DNA from: Myxococcota bacterium
GTDB lineage: Bacteria; Myxococcota_A; UBA9160; UBA6930
Assembly: GCA_965223415.1 (NCBI GenBank)
Contig: OZ245002.1
Location: forward strand, 4,224,001 to 4,288,000
Length of the DNA stretch: 64,000 nt
Direction of reading: 5' to 3'
Shown here: positions 46,844 to 55,993 of the stretch, in pieces
Numbering within the stretch: position 1 is the stretch's first letter
How the letters are laid out: the number at the start of each line of letters is the position of its first letter
Made by a program: the position numbers and the translations under genes
Notes under the pieces: model-generated
Databases searched by the model: none
Told to the model about the DNA's origin: nothing
Seen by the model: only the letters and a program-made list of their open reading frames with translations

Positions 46844-47570
46844 AGATCGAGTCGAGGGCGGCCTGGACGCGGTCGGGCTGGGAGCGGACCTGGTAGTCGG
46901 CGCTCTGGTCGATCCAGCGGACCATTCCCTGGGCGTCGGTGAGGATCGTGGTCGGGACCGGCAGGCCATCGAGGCCCGGCGGCTTGACCATGCGGGCCGT
47001 GTTCTCGAGCCCGAGGAGCCGCGTCACCCGGAGGTCGCGGTCCGAGAGCATAATCGCCTGGGCGCCGTGCTTCCCCATGCCCTCGCGGATCTGCTCCGGC
47101 GTGTCCGTGCACAGGGTGACGATCTGCACGTCCCTCGCGTCGAGCTCGGGCCGGAGCTCCTCCCATCGCCGCAACTCGGCGACACAGTAGGGTCACCAGT
47201 GGCCGCGGAAGAGCTTCAGCAGGACCGGGCGGCCCGCCAGGCTCGCGAGCGAGAAGGGCTCGCCGCTCTCGTCCGGCGCCGTGAAGTCCGGAAGGGGCTC
47301 GCCGAGCGCCACCGCCGGCGCCTGCTTCGACTGGGGCGCCAGCAGGGCCAGGAAGAGGAAGCCGCTGCCGAGGACGGCCGTCAGACCCGCCACGACACCA
47401 CCGCCCCAGCCCGGTCCCTGGGCGAGGGAGGCCAGGGCCAGCAGCACTGCCGCCCCGATCAGCCCGAGGGGGATCCAGCGCCGCCCTTCGAGCGCGACCC
47501 GCTTCACGAGGGAGAACCAGAATACGAGGGCGGCGACGACGATCGCGGCCGCTACCAGGGCCATCCGCAT
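46842..47570 (-). CDS. Membrane-anchored AhpC/TSA (peroxiredoxin-like) selenoprotein, UGA read as Sec
   Basis: ORFs 47193-47570 and 46842-47174 are in frame across TGA (47193-47195), giving FRGHW-U-PYC; hairpin just downstream. Confidence 0.85.
47166..47182 (-). promoter_or_regulatory. Putative bacterial SECIS hairpin
   Basis: TCGCCG-AGTTG-CGGCGA stem-loop separated from the in-frame UGA by 10 nt. Confidence 0.6.
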
Positions 47571-47774
47571 GGGCAGAGGCTAGCGCGCGCCTGCGTGACG
47601 CGATCCGTAGCCAGGGTCCAGCTCCGGTTCGGCGGGGGAGGCCCGGAAGGTCCGGGTACATTGGGGCAACAAGCCCCTTTTCGTGGCGCCTCGGGTCGAT
47701 CGCGGGCTGGAGGCGTCGGGGCCTTCTGCGAGAATCGGCCCACCAGTTGCACCATAGTCCGAGCGGAGGCTCCC

Positions 47775-48248
47775 ATGCACGTATCCGACGTCATGCAGCG
47801 CGAGGTCCTGACGATCCGCGCCAACGACACCGTCCCCCGGCTCGACGAGCTGCTCTCCCGCCACCGAATCAGCGGCGTGCCGGTGGTGGCGGACGGGAAG
47901 GTGGTCGGGGTGGTGTCGCGGAGTGACGTGGTCCGGCAGCTCGAGGTCGAGCGCTCCCGCTTCGAGGGGCTCTCCTGGTACCTCGAGCCCTTCGACGCCG
48001 ACGAGCGGACCGGGGAGTACGACGCCCAGGTGTCCGTGGCGGTGGCCAACCGGCTGGGCAACCTGCAGGTGAACGAGCTGATGACGAAGGACGTGCTGCA
48101 CATCGCGCCGGACGCGAGCCTGGCGGCGGCGGCCCGTTGCATGGTCGAGCAGCGGGTCCACCGGCTGCTGGTGATGCGGGACGGCGAGCTCCTGGGGCTC
48201 GTGTCGAGCCTGGACCTGTTGCGGGGGCTCGCGGAGAGCGAGGGGTGA
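47775..48248 (+). CDS. CBS domain pair protein
   Basis: VSDVM, ISGVPVV, VVGVVSRSD, VHRLLV, GLVSSLDL; GGAGG RBS. Confidence 0.92.
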   Translation: MHVSDVMQREVLTIRANDTVPRLDELLSRHRISGVPVVADGKVVGVVSRSDVVRQLEVERSRFEGLSWYLEPFDADERTGEYDAQVSVAVANRLGNLQVNELMTKDVLHIAPDASLAAAARCMVEQRVHRLLVMRDGELLGLVSSLDLLRGLAESEG

Positions 48249-49021
48249 CTCCCGGCCCCCCGGCGACCGACGGCGCCCCGCGAGCCGAGGGCTACGTCGC
48301 GTGGCGGGGGGCGCGAGCCTGGCGCTTCGTCTGGACCGTCGCGTCGGCCTTCGGGGTCCAGAGTCTGGTGCTCGGTCTGGCGGCGCTTCCGGCGGTGCTC
48401 TTCTGGCAGGTGCACGTGGCGGCGAGTGCGGCACTGCCCGCCGGCCCCCTGCGCATCGTGTTCCTGGCCATGGCCGCCGTACCCGCCTACCTGCTCTTCG
48501 CCTTCGCCCTGATGGCTCTCTCTGCCGGCGCCACGCGCCTGCTGGGCTGGCGCCCCCGGCCGAACACGGAGATGCGCATCTCGGCCCTCGAGCCGGCCCT
48601 GGCCGACTGGGCCCGCTACGGGATCCTCTCCCACGTGGTACGGGTGCTCGTGGGCCCCGTGCTGCGCAACACGCCCGTGTGGGTCTGGTACCTGCGCGCC
48701 AACGGTGCGCGCATCGGAAGGAGGGTCTGGATCAACAGCCTGGACGTCACGGACCACTGCCTGCTCGAGCTGGGCGACGACGTGGTGATCGGGGCCGGCG
48801 TGCATCTATCCGGCCACACGGTGGAGCGGGGCGTCGTGCGCACGGCGCCGATCAAGCTCGGCGCGGGCACGGTCGTGGGGGTGGGCTGCCACGTGGAGAT
48901 CGACGTGCAGACCGGCCCGGGCTGCCAGATCGGCTCGCTCTCCATGGTGCCGAAGGGGAGTCGGCTGGACGGTCAGCGCACCTACGTGGGCGTTCCCGTG
49001 CACCCCCTGGAGGCGTCGTGA
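48245..49021 (+). CDS. Membrane protein with left-handed beta-helix (hexapeptide acyltransferase-like) domain
   Basis: TM helices then GARIGRRVWINS, LELGDDVVIG, YVGVP. Confidence 0.75.
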   Translation: MTPGPPATDGAPRAEGYVAWRGARAWRFVWTVASAFGVQSLVLGLAALPAVLFWQVHVAASAALPAGPLRIVFLAMAAVPAYLLFAFALMALSAGATRLLGWRPRPNTEMRISALEPALADWARYGILSHVVRVLVGPVLRNTPVWVWYLRANGARIGRRVWINSLDVTDHCLLELGDDVVIGAGVHLSGHTVERGVVRTAPIKLGAGTVVGVGCHVEIDVQTGPGCQIGSLSMVPKGSRLDGQRTYVGVPVHPLEAS

Positions 49022-49794
49022 CCGACGGCCACCTCCGGGACGTCGCCGGCACCGGCTCGGACACCCTCGTCATGGTGCCCGGTCTCGACGGCACGGCGCT
49101 GCTCTTCTACCGCCAGATCCCGCTCCTGGCCGAGCGTTTCCACGTGGTGGCCTTTCCGCTTCCGAACGAGTCGGATCGCACCATGGCCCGGCTCGTCTTG
49201 GAGCTGCGCCAGCTCGTCGACGAGGTGAGCGACGGCCGGGTGCTGCTCTGCGGCGAGTCTTTCGGCGGCGCCCTCAGCCTGAGCTTCGCCCTGGCCCATC
49301 CGGAGCGGACCCGCGGCCTCGTGATCCTGAACTCCTTCGCTCGCGTCCACCAACGGATCCGCCTGGGCCTGGCGCCGTTGGCCCTGAAGGCCGTGCCCTG
49401 GGGTGCCATGCCCCTCGTGCGGCGCTTCACCGAGCACCGCCTCCACAGCCCCCACGCCCTCCCGGAGGACCTGCGGGAGTTCCGCGAGCGCTCGAAAGCC
49501 ATCGGGCGAGAGGGCTACATCCGCCGCCTCCAGATCCTGCAGGACTACGACCTCCGCGATCGCCTCGGCGAGATTCAGGCCCCGGCGCTCTTCCTCGCCG
49601 GGGACCGGGACCGTCTGGTGCCCTCGGTGAGCGAGGCGCGCTTCATGAGCGAGCGAGTGCCCGGGGGCGAGATGATGGTGCTCGAGGGCTACGGCCACGT
49701 CTGCATGATCAACCACGACCTGAACCTGCTCGACTGCGTCGGGCCGTGGTGGGACCGGGTGCTCCTGGAGGAGAGGGCGCACGGGCGCGCCTAG
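49018..49794 (+). CDS. Alpha/beta hydrolase
   Basis: VPGLDG, GESFGG, GDRD, GHVC. Confidence 0.88.
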   Translation: MTDGHLRDVAGTGSDTLVMVPGLDGTALLFYRQIPLLAERFHVVAFPLPNESDRTMARLVLELRQLVDEVSDGRVLLCGESFGGALSLSFALAHPERTRGLVILNSFARVHQRIRLGLAPLALKAVPWGAMPLVRRFTEHRLHSPHALPEDLREFRERSKAIGREGYIRRLQILQDYDLRDRLGEIQAPALFLAGDRDRLVPSVSEARFMSERVPGGEMMVLEGYGHVCMINHDLNLLDCVGPWWDRVLLEERAHGRA

Positions 49795-50119
49795 CAAAGG
49801 CTGGAGATCGAGTGCGAAGCGTCCCGAACGGCGCCGTCCCCCGGCACCGTGGAAGCGCCTCGTGCTCCCGGCTCGTCGGGCGTCTGCCCAGCCGAACGGT
49901 CTCGGGGAGTCGGTCATCGCGGAGCTGTCCTCGCACGAGGGGAGAGCAAGGGGCGCGCCGGCCGCGGGGCGAGGGGGTACCCGGGTGCCGCAGGCCTGTG
50001 TCGGTGGGCCTCGGCCCGGCGGCGTCCCACCACAGGGAATGCCCGAGCGGCTGGTGGGCCATCCCCCGGTGCGGCGCGAGGCCGGGGCCGCCGATGTCTC
50101 GGGGCGAGGAGGACGGGCC

Positions 50120-50521
50120 ATGCAGGAGCCGAGGGGCAGCTACGGGCGCTGCCTCGCGACCGGCGACTTCCTCGAGCGCTTCTACCAGATTCTGTTCGAG
50201 GCCGAGCCTTCGCTGGCAGCGGCGTTCTCCGGCGTGGACCTGGAGAAGCACACGGAGCTCCTGCGGGAGGGGCTCGCGATGGTGATCCTCCTCGGCACCG
50301 GAGGCGCCCCGGTCGCCCCGACCCTCTGGCGCATCGCCCGGACCCACGGTCCGGGGGGTCTCGACCTGCCTCCCGAGGCCTTCCAGGCCTGGCTCGACTG
50401 TCTGGTCGAGACCGTGCGGGAGAGCGATCCCCTGTTCGACGCCGAGATCGAGGCGGCGTGGCGAAGCGCGGTGCAGGTGGGCATCGACTTCATCGTCTCG
50501 AGCTTCGGGAGCGGCGCCTGA
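50120..50521 (+). CDS. Single-domain globin
   Basis: SYGRC...FLERFY..LF, RIARTH proximal His, WLDCL, AAW; GAGGAGG RBS. Confidence 0.8.
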   Translation: MQEPRGSYGRCLATGDFLERFYQILFEAEPSLAAAFSGVDLEKHTELLREGLAMVILLGTGGAPVAPTLWRIARTHGPGGLDLPPEAFQAWLDCLVETVRESDPLFDAEIEAAWRSAVQVGIDFIVSSFGSGA

Positions 50522-50535
50522 TCCGGGGCGCGGGG

Positions 50536-52317
50536 TCAGCGGCCGGTCGTCGCCGGGATCTCCCAGCGCTCTGCCGTCGCGTCGAGGTGGCTGCGCACCC
50601 GGGCCGGGTCCACGCCCTCGGCCGAGAGCTTCCGGGACGCATGGACCCGGATGCCGTGGTACACGACCGCCGAGAGCCCGAGCCCCGCACCGACGATCCA
50701 CAACACGGCGCCGATACCCGGCTCTTTCTGGAGGCCGCTCAGGGTGCGCAGCGCCATGATGGTCGCCAGCACGCAGAAGGCCAACGAGGCGAGGGCCGAG
50801 AGCAGGGCGCTCCGACGGACCGAGCCGGGCCCGTGGCTCGCCAGGCCGTCGAGCTCCCGCCGCGAGAAGTGGTCGAGGAACCAGCTCGCCTCGTCGTCGT
50901 CGTCCGAGCGCGGCGGCCCGATCGTTTGGCCGCCCAGCGGGTCGGTGGCGGAGAGCCCCTGCTCGTGACGGGCGATGCCGTCGCGGATGGCCCGGTGGAT
51001 CGCTTCGGAGAGCGGGTAGTGCCGCGCGATGGCGATCGTGGCGAGGCCGATCACCGCGGGAGCGATGCCGAGGATGCCGCGGATCGCGAGCTGGACGTTC
51101 TCGCCCTGGGCCACGTTCGGCGCGAAGCCGGCCGCCGCGAGGACGGCCAGCGGGATCGAGGCGCTGGGGATGACGGTGAACTTCTGGATGTAGGACCAGA
51201 AGGCGGTGTACTGGGCCTCGCGGCGGCGTCCGGTGTGGAGCTCGTCGTAATCGATCACGTCCGCCAGGATCGACTGCATGAGGAAGATGGTCGGGGCGAA
51301 GGCGGAGCCCGTGAAGGCGGCGAGGGCGATGGCCGGGACGATGTCCCCCGGGCCCAGCAGGAAGAAGCCGAGGGAGCCCACGATCCCCGGCACGATGCTG
51401 GCGATCCAGGCGAATCGCTTGCCACGGATCCGGGCGAGCCAGATCCAGAAGGGCAGGCCCACGAAGGCGGTGGTGAAGAAGGTGGCCAGGAAGGCTGCGA
51501 ACGCGGTCGAGTAGTCGTCCGGCTGGATGACGTACTTCAGGTAGTAGGGGGCCATCACCGGCGGGATGCCCGCCGTGATCGCATGCACGGTCTGCGCGAG
51601 GAGGACGACGCGGAAGACGGGATTGCGCAGCGAGCGCCGGATGCCGGGCACGAGGGGGTTGTGCTCGCGCGCCACGTAGCTCGGACGCTCCGGGACGACC
51701 CGCACCAGATTCCAGTAGAGCACCACGAGGAGCAGGGCGGTCACGATCGCGAAGCCGGCGAAGGAGGTGCGTGCGTCGCCGGTGGCGCTCTCGACGACCG
51801 AGGGCACGACGGCCGCGAGCAGGGTGCCGACGATCATGAAGCCCTCGCGCCAGCCGAAGATGCGCGTGCGCTCGTGGTGGTCGTCGGTCAGCTCGGCGCC
51901 CAGGCCGTAGTGGGGGATGATGTAGGCGGTGTGGCCGACGTAGAAGAGGGTGTAGGTGATCGCGAGCCACGAGACCGCCGCCACGCCCTCGAGGCTCGCC
52001 GGCGGCGTGAAGAGCGCCCAGAACGAGACCGCCGCGATGGGCGCGCCCACGAAGATCCAGGGCCGACGACGTCCCCAGCGGGTCCGGGTGCGGTCGCTGA
52101 GCCAGCCCATGGGCAGGTCCGTGAGCGCGTCCGATGCGCGCACGACGGCCTTCACCAGGGCGATCGCACCGAGGGGCACGAGCACCGTATCGCTGTAGAA
52201 GATGGGCAGGTGCACGCTCATCACGATGGCGATGGACATGCTGGCCAGGCTCGGCACCCCGTAGGCCACGACCAGCCCGAGGGGCAGGCGCGTGGGAGTG
52301 GGGGAGGGCGTGGCCAT
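50536..52317 (-). CDS. MFS transporter, GPH (glycoside-pentoside-hexuronide) family, with C-terminal extension
   Basis: DALTDLPMGWLSDRTRTRWGRRRPW, ADVIDYDELHTGRRREA. Confidence 0.9.
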   Translation of the reverse strand: MATPSPTPTRLPLGLVVAYGVPSLASMSIAIVMSVHLPIFYSDTVLVPLGAIALVKAVVRASDALTDLPMGWLSDRTRTRWGRRRPWIFVGAPIAAVSFWALFTPPASLEGVAAVSWLAITYTLFYVGHTAYIIPHYGLGAELTDDHHERTRIFGWREGFMIVGTLLAAVVPSVVESATGDARTSFAGFAIVTALLLVVLYWNLVRVVPERPSYVAREHNPLVPGIRRSLRNPVFRVVLLAQTVHAITAGIPPVMAPYYLKYVIQPDDYSTAFAAFLATFFTTAFVGLPFWIWLARIRGKRFAWIASIVPGIVGSLGFFLLGPGDIVPAIALAAFTGSAFAPTIFLMQSILADVIDYDELHTGRRREAQYTAFWSYIQKFTVIPSASIPLAVLAAAGFAPNVAQGENVQLAIRGILGIAPAVIGLATIAIARHYPLSEAIHRAIRDGIARHEQGLSATDPLGGQTIGPPRSDDDDEASWFLDHFSRRELDGLASHGPGSVRRSALLSALASLAFCVLATIMALRTLSGLQKEPGIGAVLWIVGAGLGLSAVVYHGIRVHASRKLSAEGVDPARVRSHLDATAERWEIPATTGR

Positions 52318-52393
52318 CGCGAGGCGACGCTACCTCAGGGCCCGGCAGCTCCGCCGGCCGATCGATAGACTCCCGCGCCCGAGAGGAGGAGCC

Positions 52394-53605
52394 ATGACCC
52401 GTCTCCACGGCACCCTGCATCCGGAGTTCGCCGGTGTCGCACGTTCGCTGCGTCGCATCGTGCCCCGCAAGGGGCCGGGGGGCGCTGCGGTCTGCGTCTA
52501 CCACCAGGGCGAGAAGGTCGTCGACATCTGGGGCGGCACGCGGGATGCGGCGGGAAGCCCCTGGGAGGAGGACACCCTCAGCATCTCCTTCTCCACGACC
52601 AAGGGTGTGGCCTCGACGCTGCTGCACCTGTTCGCCGACCGGGGGCTCGTCGACATCGACGCGCCGGTCACCCGCTACTGGCCCGAGTTCGCGGCGGCGG
52701 GGAAGGAGGCGACGACGGTCCGCCAGCTCCTCTGTCACGAGGCCGGGCTCTTCGCGATCGCGGACATGCTCGACCACGCCCGGGAGATGCTCGACTGGGA
52801 CACGATGATCGGGCGCCTGGCGGCGGCCACGCCCCGCCACGCGCCGGGGGAGGCCCACGGCTATCACGGGCTCACCTACGGCTGGCTCGTCGGAGAGGTG
52901 GTGCGGCGGGTCGCCGGCGGGAAGGCGTTCCCGGAGCTCCTCGCGGCCGAGATCGCCGGCCCCCTCGAGCTGGACGGGCTCTACTGTGGCGTTCCGGAGG
53001 AGCAGCAGGGCCGTTGCGCGGAGCTCATGGCGGCCGGTCTGGGCGGTCCGCCGGCGGAGGCCCGGCGCCGCACCGAGAAGATCCAGCGCGGCGCCGAGCG
53101 CTGGCGGGACCGCCTGCGCAAGCTCGGCTTCCGCTACGACCCGACCGAGACGCTGGCGGCCCTGGCGCCGCCCGGCATGGAGGAGCTCGACTGGAACGGG
53201 CCGGCCTTCCGTTCCGCGTCGATTCCGGCGGCGAACGGCATGTTCACCGCGCGCTCTCTCGCGCGCCTGTACGCCTGCCTCGCCGCCGGCGGCGAGCTGG
53301 ACGGTGTGCGCCTTCTTTCTGCCGAAGCGGTCCAGCGCATGGGCGAGCAGCAGAACCAGGGCGCCGGTCGCGTGATCCCCATCTCGATGCGCTGGCGGCT
53401 CGGCTACCACCGGGTCTTCGCCGTGGGCGCCAAGGTCCCCCGCGGCTTCGGCCACTTCGGCTTCGGCGGCTCCGGCGCCTGGGCCGACCCGGCCCGCCGG
53501 CTCGCCGTCGCCCTCACGGTCAACAGCGGCGTCGGCACCCCCTTCGGCGACACCCGCATCGCCCGCATCGGCGGCGCCGCCGCCCGCGCCGCCGACCGCC
53601 GCTGA
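52394..53605 (+). CDS. Serine hydrolase, beta-lactamase/esterase family
   Basis: FSTTK SxxK, YHGLTYG, FGHFGFGGS. Confidence 0.92.
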   Translation: MTRLHGTLHPEFAGVARSLRRIVPRKGPGGAAVCVYHQGEKVVDIWGGTRDAAGSPWEEDTLSISFSTTKGVASTLLHLFADRGLVDIDAPVTRYWPEFAAAGKEATTVRQLLCHEAGLFAIADMLDHAREMLDWDTMIGRLAAATPRHAPGEAHGYHGLTYGWLVGEVVRRVAGGKAFPELLAAEIAGPLELDGLYCGVPEEQQGRCAELMAAGLGGPPAEARRRTEKIQRGAERWRDRLRKLGFRYDPTETLAALAPPGMEELDWNGPAFRSASIPAANGMFTARSLARLYACLAAGGELDGVRLLSAEAVQRMGEQQNQGAGRVIPISMRWRLGYHRVFAVGAKVPRGFGHFGFGGSGAWADPARRLAVALTVNSGVGTPFGDTRIARIGGAAARAADRR

Positions 53606-53606
53606 A

Positions 53607-53676
53607 CGCAAGAGGGGGGACGTTCCTTGCAACTTGCGCAATTGCGCAAGTTGCAAGGAACGTCCCCCCTCTTGCG
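53607..53676. repeat. 70-bp perfect loopless palindrome between convergent genes
   Basis: CGCAAGAGGGGGGACGTTCCTTGCAACTTGCGCAA followed directly by its exact reverse complement. Confidence 0.92.
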
Positions 53677-53679
53677 CTT

Positions 53680-53961
53680 CTAGACTTCTTCCATCATGAC
53701 GATCTCGGGGGGGGCGGCCATCACGCCGGCGAACTCCTTGCCCACGGCCTTCAGGTTCTCGCCGTGGGTGGCGAAGGCCTTGCCGTCCGCGTACTTCTCG
53801 TAGAAGATGAAGGTGGTGGGCTCGTCGGCGCGCTGGTGGGGGATGTAGGCGAGGGTTCCGGGCTCGTTCTCGCTCACGCCGGCGGCCAGCTTGGCGAAGA
53901 GCTGCTTCGCCTCGTCGACCTTGTCTTCCTTCACCTTGATCGTCGCCATCACGCTCGGCAT
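53680..53961 (-). CDS. ABM (antibiotic biosynthesis monooxygenase) domain protein
   Basis: NEPGTLAY, FIFYEKYAD..AF..H; AGGAGG RBS. Confidence 0.88.
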   Translation of the reverse strand: MPSVMATIKVKEDKVDEAKQLFAKLAAGVSENEPGTLAYIPHQRADEPTTFIFYEKYADGKAFATHGENLKAVGKEFAGVMAAPPEIVMMEEV

Positions 53962-54064
53962 CGGGCCTCCTTTGGGTGGGCGCACAGTCTGCGCGGGAAC
54001 CGGGCCTCCTGCAAACCGGCCCGCGCTTCGTGGTAGGATCGGCGGCTTCCGGAGGAGGTCCGCC

Positions 54065-55993
54065 ATGAAGCTGCGAAGCGTGCTCCTGTCCGCGCTCACC
54101 CTCGTGCTGCTGGCCGGCTGCGCCCAGCTCGGCATGCACTGGATGGCCGAGGCCCGCCCGGCCCCGCGGATCGAGGCCCCGGCACCGCCCGGCGAGGCCA
54201 CGCCCTGGACCGGCCTGGCGGCCCTGGACGCCCCCGAGGACTTCCACTTTGCCGTCGTCTCGGACCGCACCGGCGAGCACCGCGCCGGCGTCTTCGCCGC
54301 CGCCATGCCCAAGCTCAACCTGCTCCAGCCGGCCTTCGTGGTGAGCGTCGGAGACCTGATCGAGGGCTACACGGACGACCGCGCACGCCTGGCCGAGGAG
54401 TGGGACGAGATCGAGGGCTTCGTCGACGGCCTGCGCATGCCCTTCTTCTACGCGGCCGGCAACCACGACATGAGCAACCAGGTGATGGCCGAGACCTGGC
54501 GCGACCGCTTCGGCCCTTCCTACTACCACTTCCGCTACAAGGGCGCGCTGTTCGTCGTGCTGAACAGCGAGCTGTTCGGGATGGTCCACGACCCCCGGAA
54601 GTCGGTGCCCGGCCCGTGGACCCAGGCCGAGCAGATGGCGTGGGTCGAACAGGTCCTCGCCGAGAACGCCGACGTCCGCTGGACCTTCGTCTTCGTCCAC
54701 CAGCCCCTCTGGGACGCGCCCCAGATCCACCCGGACTGGCTCAAGGTCGAGGAGCTCCTCGGCGAGCGGGGTTACACGGTCTTTGCCGGGCACTACCACC
54801 GCTACACCGAGCACGTCCGCTCGGGACGCCGCTTCATCACCCTGGCCACCACGGGAGGTGGCAGCCAGATGCGCGGCCTGCCGTGGGGCGAGTTCGACCA
54901 CGTCGCCTTCGTGCGCATGACCGAAGCCGACGGCGACGAACCGGTGGTCGCGAACGTGATGCTGGACGGCGTCCAGGGCGCCGACGTCCGCACCGCCGAC
55001 CTCCGCGCCCTGGTCGACACGATGGCCGGCGCCGTGGCCGTGCTACCCCTGCGCGGGGCCGGTCGCACCTTCCGCAGCGCCACCGCCCGCTTCGAGATCA
55101 CCAACGGGCTCGCGCAGCCCTTGGACGTGGAGGCGCACTTCGACGCGGGCCGCGACCTGGCGCCGGAGCTGGACCGGGCCACCCGCCGACTCGCTCCCGG
55201 CGCGGTCGAGGTGGTGGAGGTGCCGCTGCGCGCGCGCCAGCCGCTCCGCTACGAGGAGCTGGCACCGGCCCATGCCCACTTCACCCTGCGCGCGGCGGGG
55301 CCCGGCGGCGAGCCGGTCGAGATCGAGCAGCAGCGCGCTCTCGTCCCCGACGGTCCCTTCGCGATCACCCGCAGCGACGAGGCCGTGACCGTCGACGGGG
55401 ATCTCGCGGAATGGGATGGCCTGCGCTTCCGGGTCGACGCGCCCGCCCACGTGGAAGGCCACGGTCGCTACCACGGGGCCGAGGACGCGAGCTTCCGATT
55501 CGATCTGCGCCGGGACGCGAGCCATCTCTACGTGGCGGTCGAGGTGACGGACGATTCCATCGTCGCCTCCTCCCACGAGATCGCCCGGGAACAGGACGGT
55601 GTGCAGCTCTCCCTCGATCCGCGCCCGGCACCGGAGCGCAACCAGAACGGCAACCTCTTCGCGTTGATCCGCAGCGGTGCGCTGGCGAAGATGGTTACCG
55701 CGTTCCTCACCGTCGAAGAGCCGCGCCCGGATCCGATCCTGGCGCTGTTCGCCGGCGGCGCCGAGCCGGTCCACCTCCACGCGGCACGCCGGACGCCCGA
55801 CGGCTACGCCACCGAGGTGGCGATCCCGATCGCAGCGCTGGAAGAGCGGGCCGGCGGCGAGTGGGACGGCCTGCGCGTGAACGTCACCGTGTCCGACTTC
55901 GACGAAGGCGAGTCCGGCCACAACACGCTCTCGTGGCGGCCGAGCCGCTTCTCCCCCGGGACTGCCGAGGGCGCCGGCACCTTCGGGCTCTAG
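54065..55993 (+). CDS. Lipoprotein: calcineurin-like metallophosphoesterase plus C-terminal CBM9/DOMON-like domain
   Basis: LAGC lipobox, SD, GDLI, GNHD, HQP, GHYH; VDGDLAEW...LYVAVEVTDD...EVAIP. Confidence 0.82.
   Translation: MKLRSVLLSALTLVLLAGCAQLGMHWMAEARPAPRIEAPAPPGEATPWTGLAALDAPEDFHFAVVSDRTGEHRAGVFAAAMPKLNLLQPAFVVSVGDLIEGYTDDRARLAEEWDEIEGFVDGLRMPFFYAAGNHDMSNQVMAETWRDRFGPSYYHFRYKGALFVVLNSELFGMVHDPRKSVPGPWTQAEQMAWVEQVLAENADVRWTFVFVHQPLWDAPQIHPDWLKVEELLGERGYTVFAGHYHRYTEHVRSGRRFITLATTGGGSQMRGLPWGEFDHVAFVRMTEADGDEPVVANVMLDGVQGADVRTADLRALVDTMAGAVAVLPLRGAGRTFRSATARFEITNGLAQPLDVEAHFDAGRDLAPELDRATRRLAPGAVEVVEVPLRARQPLRYEELAPAHAHFTLRAAGPGGEPVEIEQQRALVPDGPFAITRSDEAVTVDGDLAEWDGLRFRVDAPAHVEGHGRYHGAEDASFRFDLRRDASHLYVAVEVTDDSIVASSHEIAREQDGVQLSLDPRPAPERNQNGNLFALIRSGALAKMVTAFLTVEEPRPDPILALFAGGAEPVHLHAARRTPDGYATEVAIPIAALEERAGGEWDGLRVNVTVSDFDEGESGHNTLSWRPSRFSPGTAEGAGTFGL

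Noticed and set aside
47193..47195. Nonsense mutation/pseudogene interpretation of the AhpC-like gene
   Set aside because: TGA falls precisely on the redox Cys position and is followed by a hairpin, so Sec is more parsimonious
49841..49857. Possible sigma-54 promoter upstream of the globin gene (GGCAC...GC)
   Set aside because: Correct GG-N10-GC spacing but lacks the TTGC element; likely chance in GC-rich DNA
49709..54901. 1730-aa minus-strand ORF
   Set aside because: Arg/Pro/Gly-rich shadow frame overlapping clearly recognisable genes; long stop-free frames are expected at this GC content
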